A DNA stretch of 63,980 nt, filler included, from Catajapyx aquilonaris (lineage: Eukaryota), in NCBI GenBank assembly GCA_000934665.2. It is 3 parts of 3 records of this genome, joined end to end, with 100 filler letters (N's around TTAATTAATTAA, not from the genome) between each part and the next. Parts side by side here need not be neighbours in the genome. Positions count along the whole stretch, not along the records: positions 21,589 to 43,064 come from JYFJ02006038.1; positions 43,165 to 63,980 come from KZ539490.1; 1 more part is not named here. One strand, 5' to 3'. The position numbers and the translations under genes are program-made. This document shows, one piece after another, positions 39,612 to 53,074 of this stretch (position 1 is its first letter; each line of letters opens with the position of its first letter). The notes beneath the pieces were generated by a model. The model made no database searches and was not told the origin of the DNA. It saw only the letters and a list, made by a program, of their open reading frames with translations.

Positions 39612-40214
39612 AATTATAGATTATTATTATGAACCCCTCGATCAAAACCTATTTCTTACCCATATAGTACTAAAATGAATGGCGTAGGCCTACTCTACTC
39701 ACCATCATGGTTCGTACACTTGTTTAAACACACTAGTGAAATATTTTTCTTCTTGATGCATACTCTTGGCCAATAATAATCAGGAGCCATCATAAAAAGT
39801 AACAAGGTACAAATCAGGTACAAATTGCTGCAATACACCTGGCAGGTGTGAGAATTTTTGTGCATGATATAGTAGTAATGTGCTAAAATATTTCCTCACA
39901 CCTGTCTATGAGCTTTAGAAAAAAAAGAGAATGAAAAAAACCATTTGATTACATGTACACTACTTGAACATGCACTCAAATGTTTTTTTCTTTTCTTTTT
40001 ATGATGATACTTATTCTACTTTTGCTGCAGGAGAGAATTTATCAGTGTGGTTCAATGATTGTGGACAATTTTCTTGATTTCTTCAATGTCAATATATGGG
40101 TACAATGAGCCTCTGAAATAATTGCATATAAGAGCCTGCATATAACATGATTTAACAAGATTGGCAAATCACGTGAGAGTGATTAGAATAGACATTTTCT
40201 TTCTTACAAGTAGA

Positions 40215-40440
40215 CGCTTTTGCGGATAGAGTGAACCCGGAAAACCGGAAGTGGCGGATCATCGGAAGTTGACCATGACACAACATATTTAGGTCACACT
40301 TAATCCGAATATAAAAAGCGTTTGTCGCTTATATTTTGATGCGGTTGAGGCCCTGTTACCTGTCCACAGACAGACAGACAGACGGACAGACAGAGCCGTT
40401 CTATAAGACATTTCTTCGATGATAAGAAATATATTAGCAG
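40215..40440 (+). mobile_element. (GACR)n-containing dispersed repeat, DINE-1/HINE-like
   Basis: Reverse-complement match to 56130-56370 and partial match to 3810-3875; the GTCY-type microsatellite is typical of Helentron-associated elements. Confidence 0.55.
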
Positions 40441-42342
40441 CGAATCTTGCATGTTGCAGACGAATAATAGTGAGAATCGCCATTACTTTTTTTCCACTTG
40501 TCTAAAAGCACCATTTAAACATATATTTATGCCGTGTCCTTCCGGCAGGACGCAAGTTCAGGCTGTTAATGACGTCATTTCTGGCAGTACGACATTCGTC
40601 CAAGGTTATTCGTTCAAGAAAATGTCATGTTGTGTGAGAAGTGAAAGTGCTAATAACTGATGTTAAACACTCACCACATTTCCCTATCTCTTATTAGCAC
40701 CTCTTAGTTACGCAAGAAAGCCTCACATAAAATATCCCATAAAAATTCGAGTCATAAATATCATCATAATTAGCCATTCGCTAGACCACCACCAACAAAT
40801 GAGCATATGGTACGATTCCATTGCGTTGCACCCTCTTTCGCTGATTAACACTGCACAGTGCTACATCATCAAGGTGCTTTACATGCAGTCATGAATTTGC
40901 CTATCCAATTAAAGGCGTAGAAAAAAAATAGATATACTGTATATACTGGGATATATTTTTGGGCGCCTGATAATATAATCATACAAGACAGCTTGGAATA
41001 AAGAGCCTTCCTATTATTAACTGAGCCATTTAATTCCACACAAAAAAGGAATTATTTTGAACCTGTTTGGATAATAACTTTCAACTGCATCTTATCGCTT
41101 AGCGAGAAACTGGTTTAAAGTAGCTTTTTTTACATAGGCCCTATATGTGATCCTTTCTTGCACATTCTGCTAGACAAAAAAATTGAATGTCGAGGCCTTG
41201 GGATGCATGGCAATGACCACAATATGAAAATGCTGCCAATTCATGACTGTAGGACAAAACCTGGCTTCTTACACTGTGTATGTCGTGTTACAATCACCTA
41301 CTTTAAAACCCAAACTAGAAAAACCCTCGCTTCGCTCGGTGCAGGCGAAGAAAACCGCTCGCTTCGCTCGCTTTTTTCTAGGCCCGCGGCCTGCGGTGTA
41401 GGCCATGTTCTTAATGCCATACTTTGAAGGATCCAAAAATACCAGAAGTGAAGAAGGTTGAATAAGTTAGCCTATGTATTTTGCAAGATATTTTACCTCT
41501 GCTAAGTCCATTATCTCGGTGACGAGGATGCAAAAATCACGCCAAGGGTGTTGTTGGTACCAACCAGCATTCAGTAACAATACAGTAATTCACTTCAGAA
41601 GTAGGGCTACACCAACCACTATTTGTTGGTGCTTACCTGGCCAGCGGCAACTGCCAACTCATTTTCCAACGTTACTCTCTTTTGGGGGTAAGGGGGACGA
41701 GAGAGAGAGAGCGAAAGAGAGAGCTTCAAATTCGCGCGCCATTATTTATCACTGTCCCTGCCATCTGTCGGTTGACATGTCAAATCATGGAATATTTAAA
41801 ATCCATAAACCCCAATTTTGACGCTTCCTGCAATTTTCATCAACATATGAGCTGGTATTTAATTATTCACAGCAATTCGACAAAATATGGGACATCCTTA
41901 CAGTGTGAGCATCCTCACGATACTCATAGTGGATAATCGTTGTGCCTGTTGGCAAACATGTCTGGATGGACCGTGTGGGATGCTGATGAGATGGACGAGG
42001 AAGAGGAGGGAAGCCCAGGTGATGGAGAGGAAGGACCTCTGACCCCCGCAGGAGGTGGTGAAGATGGAGGTCGAAGTGGAGGAGGTGGTGGTTGGGCTTC
42101 ATGGGGACCACATCGCCAGTCGCAGGAGGATGGAAGATCATGATGATCGAGTTCAATGTCCGGGTGGATGAAAAATGGATGTGAAAGGATACTTTGTGTT
42201 GGAATGAACAGAAATGTCATATTATTCATACTTCAGCAGGTGTAAAATGTATTGCTCATAATTATGGAAGAGTAGAGATACAACTGTTGTTTGTCGTCAT
42301 TTATGGACTCTGTGAAGTAACATGGCTATGCTTTAAAGTATT

Positions 42343-43063
42343 TTAATTTGCACATTTTTTGGGGATTCTCCATAAACGCTTCCTGGAAACATTGGGATGC
42401 ATAAAAATACCAATTGTGATCACTCCTGACCACACAATAGAGGAGACAAAGCCAGGCCAAACCCCTGGATGCAGTAACCCCCAACCTCGACTGATTATGC
42501 TCCTGGATGCATCATAAGCCAAGGTGCTGAACATGCCTTTGCACAACCATCGCAACCAAGTCTGACTGATGCCTTCCAGCGGCCACACTAAACCACTCAT
42601 GAATATATTCACAGTTGCAAGTGTGAAATATAGCAAAATAAAAGACCCAAAGCCGTGGATGTATAGAGCTGATAAGTATCCGATGGTAAATCCAAGGAAT
42701 CCTTGAAAAGACAAAATCCAAAACACCAACACCCAATTGTATGATATCTTCAGTCCCAGGTATAAACACATAGTTGCCAGGCCTGTCACCAGCTGCAGTA
42801 GCATTAAAACCAAGCCGAAGGAAAAAAATCCGAAGAAATGCTGGTGGGCATTCATTCCTGAAATAAAATAACATATAAAATTTTGTGACTTCTAAGAACA
42901 ACAGGGAACAAGTGTTCCAAATTAAAAGAGGAAGATAGGGGAAATATTCCTGCCTTATTTAGGCATGAACGATCATGGGGGGTTGACAATTGAAGTTTAA
43001 ATGCTTTTACTATATAGCCTACCTCCTATTGCAGCACGTTGTGGCACACCCGACACATATGTC
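42343..43063 (-). CDS. Second ABCH transporter, 3' exons only (rest lost in gap)
   Basis: [50 protein letters not shown] is nearly identical to the copy ending at 36342; the preceding exon runs into the N gap. Confidence 0.85.
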
Positions 43064-43708
43064 ANNNNNNNNNNNNNNNNNNNNNNNNNNNNNNNNNNNN
43101 NNNNNNNNTTAATTAATTAANNNNNNNNNNNNNNNNNNNNNNNNNNNNNNNNNNNNNNNNNNNNAGTGGCGCTTTCCCATGTTAAACTCGCATAGACGGT
43201 GGCGACACTGCGGAATTTTTCCATGAGGCTCCGTACTTAGCCGTGGACAACTACTAACGTTCAAAATCTTAGACTATAATGTCACTTTTTTTTTGGTTAA
43301 TTCTAAAAATTCTGTATCCACCGCTTCATGCAAGAGCTTTTATGCCTAAATTTTCAGAACCAACAAGTAAGACACAGTGCGGCACAGGGTATACAACCTA
43401 ACCAAGTGGTTTAGCACAGCCTGTAATATAAATGTAAGTAATGCTTCAAAATAATGCAATGGAAAAAAATGTGCAATTTATTCAGAGTAGCCTAGTCTAG
43501 ACCGTGCTTACATCTGACAGTAAGTAGTGTAAAGCTATTAGTACACTACTCCCATGGTATATAGATGGCCCAAGCGTTCAAATAGGTACACGTGACAAAT
43601 TGTTTGCTTGTTTCATGTAAAATATGGCAGGTTTGGGTTACAAACTTGTAATTGAAAGAATAAGTTATTTGTACCAAGGGGTAATCACTCGACTGAAAAG
43701 TGTACACA

Positions 43709-43808
43709 GGAGTACCAAATTCAAGGAGTACGAAGGAGTACCGAGGAGTACCAAGGAGTACCAAAGGAGTACCGAAGAGTACCACTGCAGGTGTACACCG
43801 GAGTACCG
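43709..43808. repeat. GGAGTACC(A/G)A minisatellite between short inverted repeats
   Basis: About seven GAGTAC units, flanked by GGGGTAATCACT and AGTGATTACCCC. Confidence 0.7.
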
Positions 43809-44445
43809 AAGTGATTACCCCCTTGATTTGTACCTAACAGTACACGTAGTTAAGAAAATGTAGATATCTGTACTGCTTATACATACCAAGTGACGCGCTA
43901 ATCTCGACGCTTCACTTAATCTGACGTTTAGAGCAGAATACATGCATTCAAGCAACCAAACCAACAGATATATTATTTGGTTGAGCTTCTCAATATGACT
44001 GCATGACCAAGCAAAAATGACAATCCTTGCACAGTACTGCTACCTGGATGATTTTATAGAGTTTTTTTAGTTTCTGTCCACGGACGTGACAAGATTGTTT
44101 GTCCAATTGCAATAATATAAATTGGAACTTGAGCACAAAAAGCGCATTAAACTTTACCTTAAGTAGGGCATATGTCTTTCTAGGTTACATTGCGATTTAA
44201 AAGTGATTTAATATATTATGTCTCGCATAGCAGAACTACGAACGTGAGGGTTGGGACAGTCCATGGACGTGACATGTCACGTCCAGTGATCTCTTAAAAA
44301 TATGTGAAATAATATTGTTGTGTTATCATAAACCTGACCTCATGTTTATGATATTAGGGCACAAATCCCACAGCTTATATCAGTGCATCCTACAACCAAG
44401 AGCTTGCTACAATTAATTCAATACAATCAATTCACGACATTCTCT

Positions 44446-45207
44446 TCACTTTAAACAATTTCCGACTACTTTCTGTCCAGCATAATTGATCAGGATCCGG
44501 ACGAGTGACAGGCGCAGCAGGAACAGGAAGTAGAACTCGAGGATGAGTAGCATAAGCTTGCTCCTGAGGCTGACGCGTTTCATGATGTGTGACTGGTCCA
44601 TGTCGTCTAGTAACCAGAAGCCGTACTGAAACAGGGTGTCTGCGGGAAGCAGGTATTTAGTGACTGGTGCGATGATGATCAAGGCCTTGTGGTGGAGCCT
44701 GGGCACATACTCGCCATCCTTCGACATCTCTCTCAACGACGCCATGAAGAACGTCGTCGTGTAGAGACGCATATGCTCTCTGAACTGAAAGTACGGTCTC
44801 GTATAAATTTTTATCAATCATTTTTGGATCTTTCTCTAACATCTGATACTGCGTCTCTATACTGTGACAGCTAAGGTCGTCACGAAAAATCGTTTCGGAA
44901 CTCGGTCGAAATGACCTGGTAACATAGGCTCGTCTCTCACCTCATCCAGTCCTTTGGAGCAAGGATTGAACTTGTCATGGACACCCAGATAGTAGGACAA
45001 GACCCTCCAGGCGTGAAAAAAGTCTTCCAGGTCTTCCCTGGAGACTCCGTGGATGCCGATCTTCTCCGGATGCAGCATTAAGGTAGTCAGGATGCCAACG
45101 ACCACGGATATTGCGTCGAACTGGCTCATGAACATCTGGTCATGAGGGAAAAAGTATTCAGGGCCACCCTGTACTCCTTGGGCGTCCTTTCGGACGGCCT
45201 TCTCGTT
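44446..45207 (-). CDS. DUF2236/MpaB-like oxygenase-fold protein, C-terminal exons
   Basis: MSQFDA...HPEKIGI..VSREDLEDFFHAWRVLSYYLGVHDKFNPC matches arthropod members as I recall them; exons ~45207-44941 and 44784-44446. Confidence 0.7.
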
Positions 45208-46124
45208 CTGAATTGCAAATCCGCTTGAGAATTTGTTTCTATAGGTTATTCGTGAGAACTCTATAGGCGGACCTCAATATTGATATGCACTTCTTTTGTC
45301 AATTTCTGCAGTTGAGCAGATGTATGAATATGACGCCATCATTACAGTGCACTTCTGACGTTTTATTGCCCCCTTAACTATTGTTAATATGCCCATCAAC
45401 ACATGCTTTTGTGGATTATGAGGCCGGACTTGATATATTCTCAACTTTGGAGCACTAGTGTACTATTTTGAATTAGTAGTGATGACGAGCAAGTGTCGAT
45501 CAGGTATGTAGCACGTATACCTTTTTCCCTCTCACACCCTAGATAGTTCAGGGTGCTCTTAATAAAAATAAATTACACTTGTGCTTTTAGGGCTGTTGTT
45601 CGTAGCACAGATCTCTCTGTCCAATAATGTTTCGGACAAAGTATCCTGACGCCACATGAGCCTAACTATAGGCCTACTATGCTGTATTTTTCCCAGTAGA
45701 CTTTATACCATCCGATTGTTCGTTCTATGACACATTAGGCCAAAAAGTTTAAAAAAACTGTAACTGATATCAAGATGAGTGTACCCAACCACTTCCAGAA
45801 CTATACCGATGACTTTGGTATAGGGCACCACTCCGCAAATTCGACAAGAACATGTGCTATTACGTGTACGGCAATACTGAACTTCAACATAATGTAAGTT
45901 ACTGTACAATCAGAGATTTTCCCCATTTGCCTGATACAGCCGTGCTTATATGAAACAATATATTGTGCCAGTTATTCAAATGAAGGAAAACATACTTGGC
46001 TTACTCTGAGTTTATTCAACCTTAAAAAATATGATACACCGTTCACTTATTGTGTTTTTCAACTACTACAGATTCGACCAGAAAACTGATCTTCACTTGA
46101 TTTTGCAGTTTGCACCAGAAAACA

Positions 46125-47484
46125 ATGCCGCCTTCTAGGATCATCCCTTCTTGCTTCCGACATTTCAAATCTAAATTTCTGCTGGTTGGAATGATGCTCT
46201 TCCTTTTACTGCAGTATTATTTCATCACCATTTACGATTCTGGCAGAGGCCTGCGGATTCATTTTTTTCGGTTGCCAAATTTTGAAATACATCTACCACT
46301 TTGTCCTGCCCAGCCACCACGTCTAGGTATAGTTATCTCGTTCACAATCTGGAGCCAAATATTTTGGCTTGGATCTAAATAAAATGTAATATTTCAGAAG
46401 GACGTTTGCGCATGAAAAAAGAAGCGCCTTCTATGGAAGAACTGGATAAGTTGTACCCAGGAGTGGAGCCAGGGCCTGGAGGTTTTAGGCCCAAACATTG
46501 TCGAACTAGTCACAAAGTTGCAATCATAGTTCCGTTCAGGGACAGGGCTGAGCATTTGCGCATCTTCCTGTACAACATGCATCCAATCCTGCAGCGCCAA
46601 CAGATTGATTATGGCATTTACGTCATCGAACAAAAAGGTAAGCTGTCTACTTTGCTGGCATCCATCCAATTCAATAAGAAAATCTACGTATGATATTTGC
46701 CATCTGATATAAGCAAGGAAGTGAGGGTCTGTATGGTTTGGTCTTTTGACTGCGACAGAAAACACGACGTTCAACAGGGCCATGCTGATGAACATTGGAT
46801 TTGTGGAAGCTTCGAAGCAGTACGATTGGGAGTGTTTCATTTTTCACGACGTGGATCTGATCCCTGAAGACGACCGAAATTTGTACACCTGCTCAGAACA
46901 ACCTCGTCACATGTCTGTGGGCGTTGACAAATTCAAGTATAAGTGAGTCACTTATGTTATCGAATTTCGTTTGTCTCTTTCTCTCTTCGTTTATCCTCTC
47001 TCCATGATTGAGACATTATAACTGCGTTACAGGCTCCTCTACCCAGAGTTATTCGGAGGAGTGTGTGCCTTGACCAAAGAGCAGTTTGAAAAGGCGAACG
47101 GATTCAGTAACATGTTTTGGGGCTGGGGAGGTGAAGATGACGACCTTTACAATAGAATCGTAAATGCTGGCTACAACATCACTCGAGAGTCAGCTGATGT
47201 GTCCAGATATCGTATGTTGACCCACCATCCCGCCGAACCGAATAGTAACAGGTTAGTTTAGAATGCATATGCAGCAAGCAGAGAAACACACGGTGCTTGA
47301 AAGGATCATTAGTTACTGCCAGTGTGCATATTATAATAAATTTAATTGCAGATTCGATAACTTGCGTGAGGGAAAGACGCGCTTCGCAACAGATGGACTA
47401 AACAGCCTGAAGTACGAGTTGCTGGATCTCCTTATAAGAAGACTGTATACGTGGGTGTATGTGGAACTGACTGACCCAAGCTAA
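46125..47484 (+). CDS. GT7 beta-1,4-galactosyl/N-acetylgalactosaminyltransferase (bre-4-like)
   Basis: N-terminal TM; VAIIVPFRDR, FNRAMLMNIGF, FHDVDLIPE, NGFSNMFWGWGGEDDD, DGLNSL; five exons. Confidence 0.95.
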
Positions 47485-47679
47485 CATGAACGTTTCCCCT
47501 TAGGAAAATTTTTGGAATCATAGCGAGAGTGACGTTTAATGTTCTTATATGAAGTGAAACATGTACCACGTATTTGTATGACCGGCTGTTTCTGGTACAA
47601 TCACTGGCTAAGGTCACTGCATAGAATGTCATCTTCCTTTTGCCTCGCCTTCCGATGATCTAATCATCTTAAATTGTAG

Positions 47680-48079
47680 GAGTCGCCGGTCAGAACGTCA
47701 CATATCCACGGAGACAAATTTTCCGCCAGGGCGTGATTTCTGCAATAGCTACCAGGAGCCTCACATATGCTTGGACATGGTTCCACAGTTGCAGTGCCAA
47801 TAGAGAATGACAAGAATCAAGCCATGGGCGCTGCCATGTTGACACGCTCACTCTCCATGATTGGCCATTTGGGATACGTGTCACTATGCCCCACAGCAGT
47901 AAGAGAAAGCGTGACATTTTGCTCCACCACTCATTTTTCATGCTGAAAACAAAATGGTTTCTGTGTCGCTTTGAAACACGGGAGTTTCTGTAACTATGCA
48001 TTGGAAGGTGAACAATATTTTAGTACCAAAATCTCATTTTCGCCCGCGGATGGATATGTGACGTTTTGTCCGGCGACTC
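47680..48079. mobile_element. MITE with ~29-bp TIRs
   Basis: GAGTCGCCGGTCAGAACGTCACATATCCA mirrored by TGGATATGTGACGTTTTGTCCGGCGACTC; TSD not resolved. Confidence 0.65.
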
Positions 48080-49587
48080 TACGTATGTCAATTCCAAAAT
48101 GTCTTATCTACACATCTGTCAAATTTCTCAAACATGTTATTATTACATCACTGTACAGTACAGTACTCTACAGCATTAATATTTAAAGGCACGCTTTTTC
48201 AGGCACCAGAAAAACCTATAAAATGCTGTATATTATACCTTATTCAAGTTTGTTATTGGCAAATGTGCGCTATTTGGTACCACGCCATTTAATATGTTGT
48301 GCTGAAGCAGGGTATGATCTTCATAAACCGCATGTAAGAGTGAAAGGTAAGAGAGAGTCTTAGTACAATACAGCGTTATAAATAGCCTGCTGTCAAGGGA
48401 TGAATGCGGACTAGTTTATCTTCGAGTTTATACGTGATGACGACAGGGATAAAATGAATGGAAATGAAATCTGCTTTAGTTCATCGACTGAAAATCAAAT
48501 ATCAATTATTGACAATATGTCGTTTCAAGATAATGTTAGGTATTCTCAAATCGCCATTTTTAAATATGTAGTTAGTGACCACAAATGGAGCATAAATGTG
48601 CGTGCCAAATAAAAGTAGCTTTGACCAATAAATATTATCTACAACATAGTTTTCCCTTTATTTTCCAGGAATTTCAGGAATTTTCTGGATCGTATATGTC
48701 ATACTTTATTCAAATTTGTTACTAACAAATTTCACATGTGATCCACTTAATACTCTTAAGGATTTTTATTGGACTTACCCAGCCATTAAGGCCCTTACAC
48801 AAGCCCTTACACAATACCACTTAATACCACTTAATACTGTAGATTGTGCTGAAGCTGAACGTATCGGTAGTGCACGATCTTCATCAAGTCTGTAAGATAA
48901 AGGGTAAGTACATTACAATATTATATGTATACTGTCCACAGCTGCGTGTCGACAATGGAACGAATGGAAATGAATAATATATTATTCTACATTAGTTCAT
49001 CGAATGAAAATTTAATAAAATGCAATTAGTCCATTTACTGTTGATACCAGATAATATTACAGGTGCTCTCAAATGGCGCTTTTAGTTTGAAAGTGACTAT
49101 TAATTGGACACGGAAATCAAAAGTACGGTACTGTAGTTTTGAATAAAGGGAATTATTTAGGCTAAATAATGGCTTTCCTTATATTCATCTGGCTTACTTT
49201 TCTGGATCGTAGTGGAGACAAACCTGATTATTCGATGACCTTGATTAGTAAGATCTAGTCCCGAGCCAGGTGCCCTATTCTATAGCAACTGCTACATTCG
49301 ACCACCTGGCAGTCAAGAGACACCTGGATTGGGCACAACAAGATGCACATACGTACTAATTACTACTTCCGCCGTTGTCCGGGATAACTACACACGAACC
49401 ACAAACTTGGAACACCCTGTGTATACAGTACGTATTATGATTTCTATGAATATCACACGAATTAATGGCAGTAGACTTGCTTCTGACGCCATAACGTGAA
49501 TCGCAGTGGTTTTCATTCCAGACTGTGGAAGTTACACGTATATTTGCATTTTTAAAATGGAACTCCTTGTGCCTTTTTCCAGATAAC

Positions 49588-50587
49588 ATGATGGCTTATA
49601 AAAAGATTTCCTGGCGTAAAGTCATTATTATCATTTCATGCACAACAGCCATGATCTTGCTCTTCGCCTCTGTACATGTGCGGCCAATCTCGGGTACGTG
49701 ATGGGTCAATATTACCTGACACAATATAGCCAATGCTGCTAGCAAATAAAAGGCTAAGAAGAAACAATAATTAAATCATTTATCAGGGAATAATTTGCTG
49801 TTAGTTATAGACCTATACTAATCTTGTAACTGTGTCAGCATTACTCTTGGGAACTGGAAAGGATCATAATATTACGTACTAGCAGTTGCCCGGGTATGTT
49901 GGGGTGCTGGTAAAGGTAGGGGTACATAAACAGTATTTTAGGAACTGTGTTTGTTTGTAAAAAAAATTCCCTTCCATACACTCGAAACTCGATATGTCTT
50001 AAAATGGGCCTTATAAGTTACAATAAGCCAAAGTTTGTCACTATCTGTGATAGATTACCTGCTTCACTTACATATCTTATAGTCGACACAGATATTCTGA
50101 TTGGATGTGTAAAAAGAGGAATGCGGATGGAGTTGGCCCAGGAAACGACTGCACAGCCATGTGTTTTCCACCTGCATTTTTGACCCCTTGACCCCCCCCC
50201 CCCCAACCCACTTCACACCCCCACCTCGTTCCATATGTTTGCTCTGGATAACTTTAGAAATGTACGTACAGATGCATGGTGGGAAATTTTGTTTTCAACA
50301 CGGAGTAATATTTGTAAATACTACTCGTGTATTATTTTACTGTATTTTTTTGTCTGGAAGTCTACTTTCAAATCCCACAAAATCCCGGAATGACCACTTA
50401 TACGATACGAACTCATGTGAGGTGGTCAATTAGCGTAATTGGTGGTTGCGTTGAATTTACGGCGATGATTTAATTTGCCAGGCATTAAAATTGCATAAGG
50501 GCATTTCCATGGGAATGCGAATTGATATATTGTTAATTGTTGAGGATCGAGTACAACAACAACAACAACAATAATAATAATAATAAT

Positions 50588-50626
<39 letters not shown>

Positions 50627-50785
50627 TCACGACATTTCCCTATGAGGGGTAGTCAGCGATGAAGGGAGATGCAAGCTAACCCAACATATGACCTAATAAA
50701 ACTCATGAGAAAGAAGAAGAAGAAGAAGAAGAAGAAGAAGAAGAAGAAGAAGAAGAATAATAATAATCATCATCATCATCATCAT

Positions 50786-50817
<32 letters not shown>

Positions 50818-52777
50818 GGGGTAGTGCTTGTGACCTCATCTGAGGTATGCAGCACGGACCTTTATTTATTATATCAAGTACATTTGAGCCTCTTTACGTA
50901 TCGCCCGGGCCCACGGGAAGGATGACAGGAGGGGATGTGCAAGGTGCAGTGCATCTGACGCTGTGGCCATTTTTAGTGAACTCCCCCGGGTGGTTGAGTC
51001 TGTAGGAACTACCATACCACCCGAAACGAAGCCAGAGGTGACCCTGAACTCTGCACGAGATGAAGGGAGTGTCCCCGGGTTGGGATCGAACCCGGGACCT
51101 TAACATCCGTGGGCGCATTCGTTACCGCAGCGCCACTCCGTCTCCCCTGTTGTATTGAGGCTCCAGTAGTGAGGCGATTCGGGAATACGTATGCGTGTTA
51201 TGGGAGTTAGGTTCATTTTAGGAAGCTGAAACATGCCGCATTAAATTCCTTGAAAAATATAACCACAGATATGCCAGTTTAAGGCGATGTATGGGCCTTC
51301 CCCTGGATTTCTATACGGGACAAACAAACTCACAAACAAACTCATTTATAGATATAGATTTTTCTAGTCGATTTATCAGCAACCAACTTAGGCGGTTCCC
51401 TCTTTTCAGATTATTTATCAGATGATCGGAGAGGCAGATCCTGTGGCTGCTCCAATAGGCACATGAACCCTCCAGCGAACCTGAACCTGTCTGAGTCCAC
51501 CTGCAGCCATTACGCGGCTCAGAGGGGACCAGGTCAACGTGTCGTATCTTTCAGTTTCTATGGGACTCTGAACAATGGAAGAGGGTATTTCCAGGTAAAG
51601 AAAAGTCGAGATAAGAATATAGTCTTGGAAGAGTAATATTTCCAGCATGCAGGAATCCTAGCTCTGACAGCAGGAGAGGTTCGGTACGAAGGTTTTGTTG
51701 CTGGTGTGTGGTGTCATTATTAGATCTTCTTGGTTCTTTGTATTACTGAAGGAAGGGGAATTCTGTATTGTTACAGGGCATTGAAGCCAACGCAATGAAC
51801 CTACCCGAGTATTACCCAGGATGGACCATGCGAGTGTATCACAACATCTCCAGGGAGGACAATGAGACTCACAGCCTCCTTTGTCAGCTGGAGTGCCGAT
51901 TTCCCTACTTGGATTTCTGCAATGTGTCTGAAACTCCGATGTACGGAAACCTCTCCAGTAAGCGTCATATTGTCTTCCATAAATGAACTGAACTTGGGTG
52001 TCTATAAGCCATACTAATATTATTATTTAACAATGTTTCAGAGTGGACTGCAGCGGCCTGGAGGTTCCTTCCCCTGGGTGATCCTCAGGTTGACTGTTTG
52101 GCCAGTAGAGACCTGGACAGTCGTTTCTCAGACAGAGAATTGGCAGCAGTGGAAGAGTGGATCCAATCGGGGAAGACATGGCACAGCATGAGGGATCATC
52201 CATACCACATTGGGGCCCCCATTTTAGGTGATAAGCATAATTATGTTCGAAAGTACAATGATCAACCCCAAAAAGTCTCCAACCACACATACTCGATCAT
52301 GAAATGCTAGGCGTTTTTCTGAGATTGATGAAAAATTGCCTTAAATATATTTCAGGTGGCATGTGGGGGGCCAATCATCTTATGAGGAAGAGAGACTTGA
52401 TGCTACGCATTTTGGACGACCTATTTCGCTTGCCTGTACTTTACTACCACGGAAGAGACCAACATATGTTATACGAAGCAGTCTGGCCTCATTATGAAGG
52501 TGAACATAAAATGTCGAGCCACATATAAATTTCAATTTGTTCCTTACTCATATTTACATATCATTTCACATTTAACCATGTAGGCGACAGCGTCCGCCAT
52601 GACAGCTACCACTGCAAAGAGTATCCGTCGAAAGATGTTCGTCCGTGGCCCACACCCAGAAGGAACGACATGGACTGGAATTTTGTCGGGGCTCCCACAG
52701 CTTACAGGGGAAAACTCACAGAAACATGTCCAATAGAGTGCAGACCCAAAAACCACCAGGACTGGCTCCTTTGCTGA
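49588..52777 (+). CDS. Uncharacterised type-II membrane putative glycosyltransferase, copy 1
   Basis: Six exons (49588-49693, ~51410-51594, 51777-51957, 52041-52227, 52356-52499, 52584-52777); N-terminal TM; VSFSFYG, YPGWTMRVYH, WRFLPLGDP, SRDLDSR, MRDHPYH..ILGGMWG, HDSYHC, CRPKNHQDW. GT function is inferred. Confidence 0.85.
50554..50815. repeat. Compound (CAA)n/(TAA)n and (GAA)n/(TAA)n/(CAT)n microsatellites
   Basis: Two repeat blocks separated by ~85 bp of unique sequence, abutting the SINE 3' end. Confidence 0.95.
50816..51147 (-). mobile_element. Full-length tRNA-derived SINE family A
   Basis: A-box TGGCGCTGCGG, B-box GGTTCGATCCC, shared body, (GAT)n tail. Confidence 0.92.
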
Positions 52778-52881
52778 TATCTACACGCAGATCGCCTAGG
52801 AACATTGAATTCAAGCGTTACTTCAATCAAGAGCAGACAGAAACTAGACTTGCCTGTCCATAGTGTTACTTAGGCTCTTCA

Positions 52882-53074
52882 CTAAAGGCTACGGACTTCT
52901 TAGAGTGAACAGACACGCCCCCCCGGGCGAACCAATGGGGTCGCTGTAACCGTGGGTCACAGTAAGGTTGCCAGGCGAAATACATATAATACAATAGAGA
53001 CAATAATATAGAGGTTTGTTTGGGGGCGGGGCCATGGGCCCAGCAGTTCACTCTAAGGAATCCGTTGCCTTTAG
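52882..53074. mobile_element. Small inverted-repeat element
   Basis: CTAAAGGCTACGGACTTCTTAGAGTGAAC mirrored by GTTCACTCTAAGGAATCCGTTGCCTTTAG. Confidence 0.6.

Larger units (their letters stand above)
49879..51358 (-). mobile_element. Non-autonomous Helitron in intron 1, carrying a SINE and microsatellites
   Basis: Minus strand A|TC start at 51358 and CTAG|T end at 49879 with partly deleted hairpin; homologous to 8134-8443 and 21589-22111. Confidence 0.78.

Noticed and set aside
41940..42143. Gly/Glu-rich short ORF
   Set aside because: Low complexity, upstream in-frame stop, no recognisable homology.
43709..43808. CRISPR-like repeat array
   Set aside because: Units are ~10 bp with no unique spacers and no cas genes; eukaryotic minisatellite.
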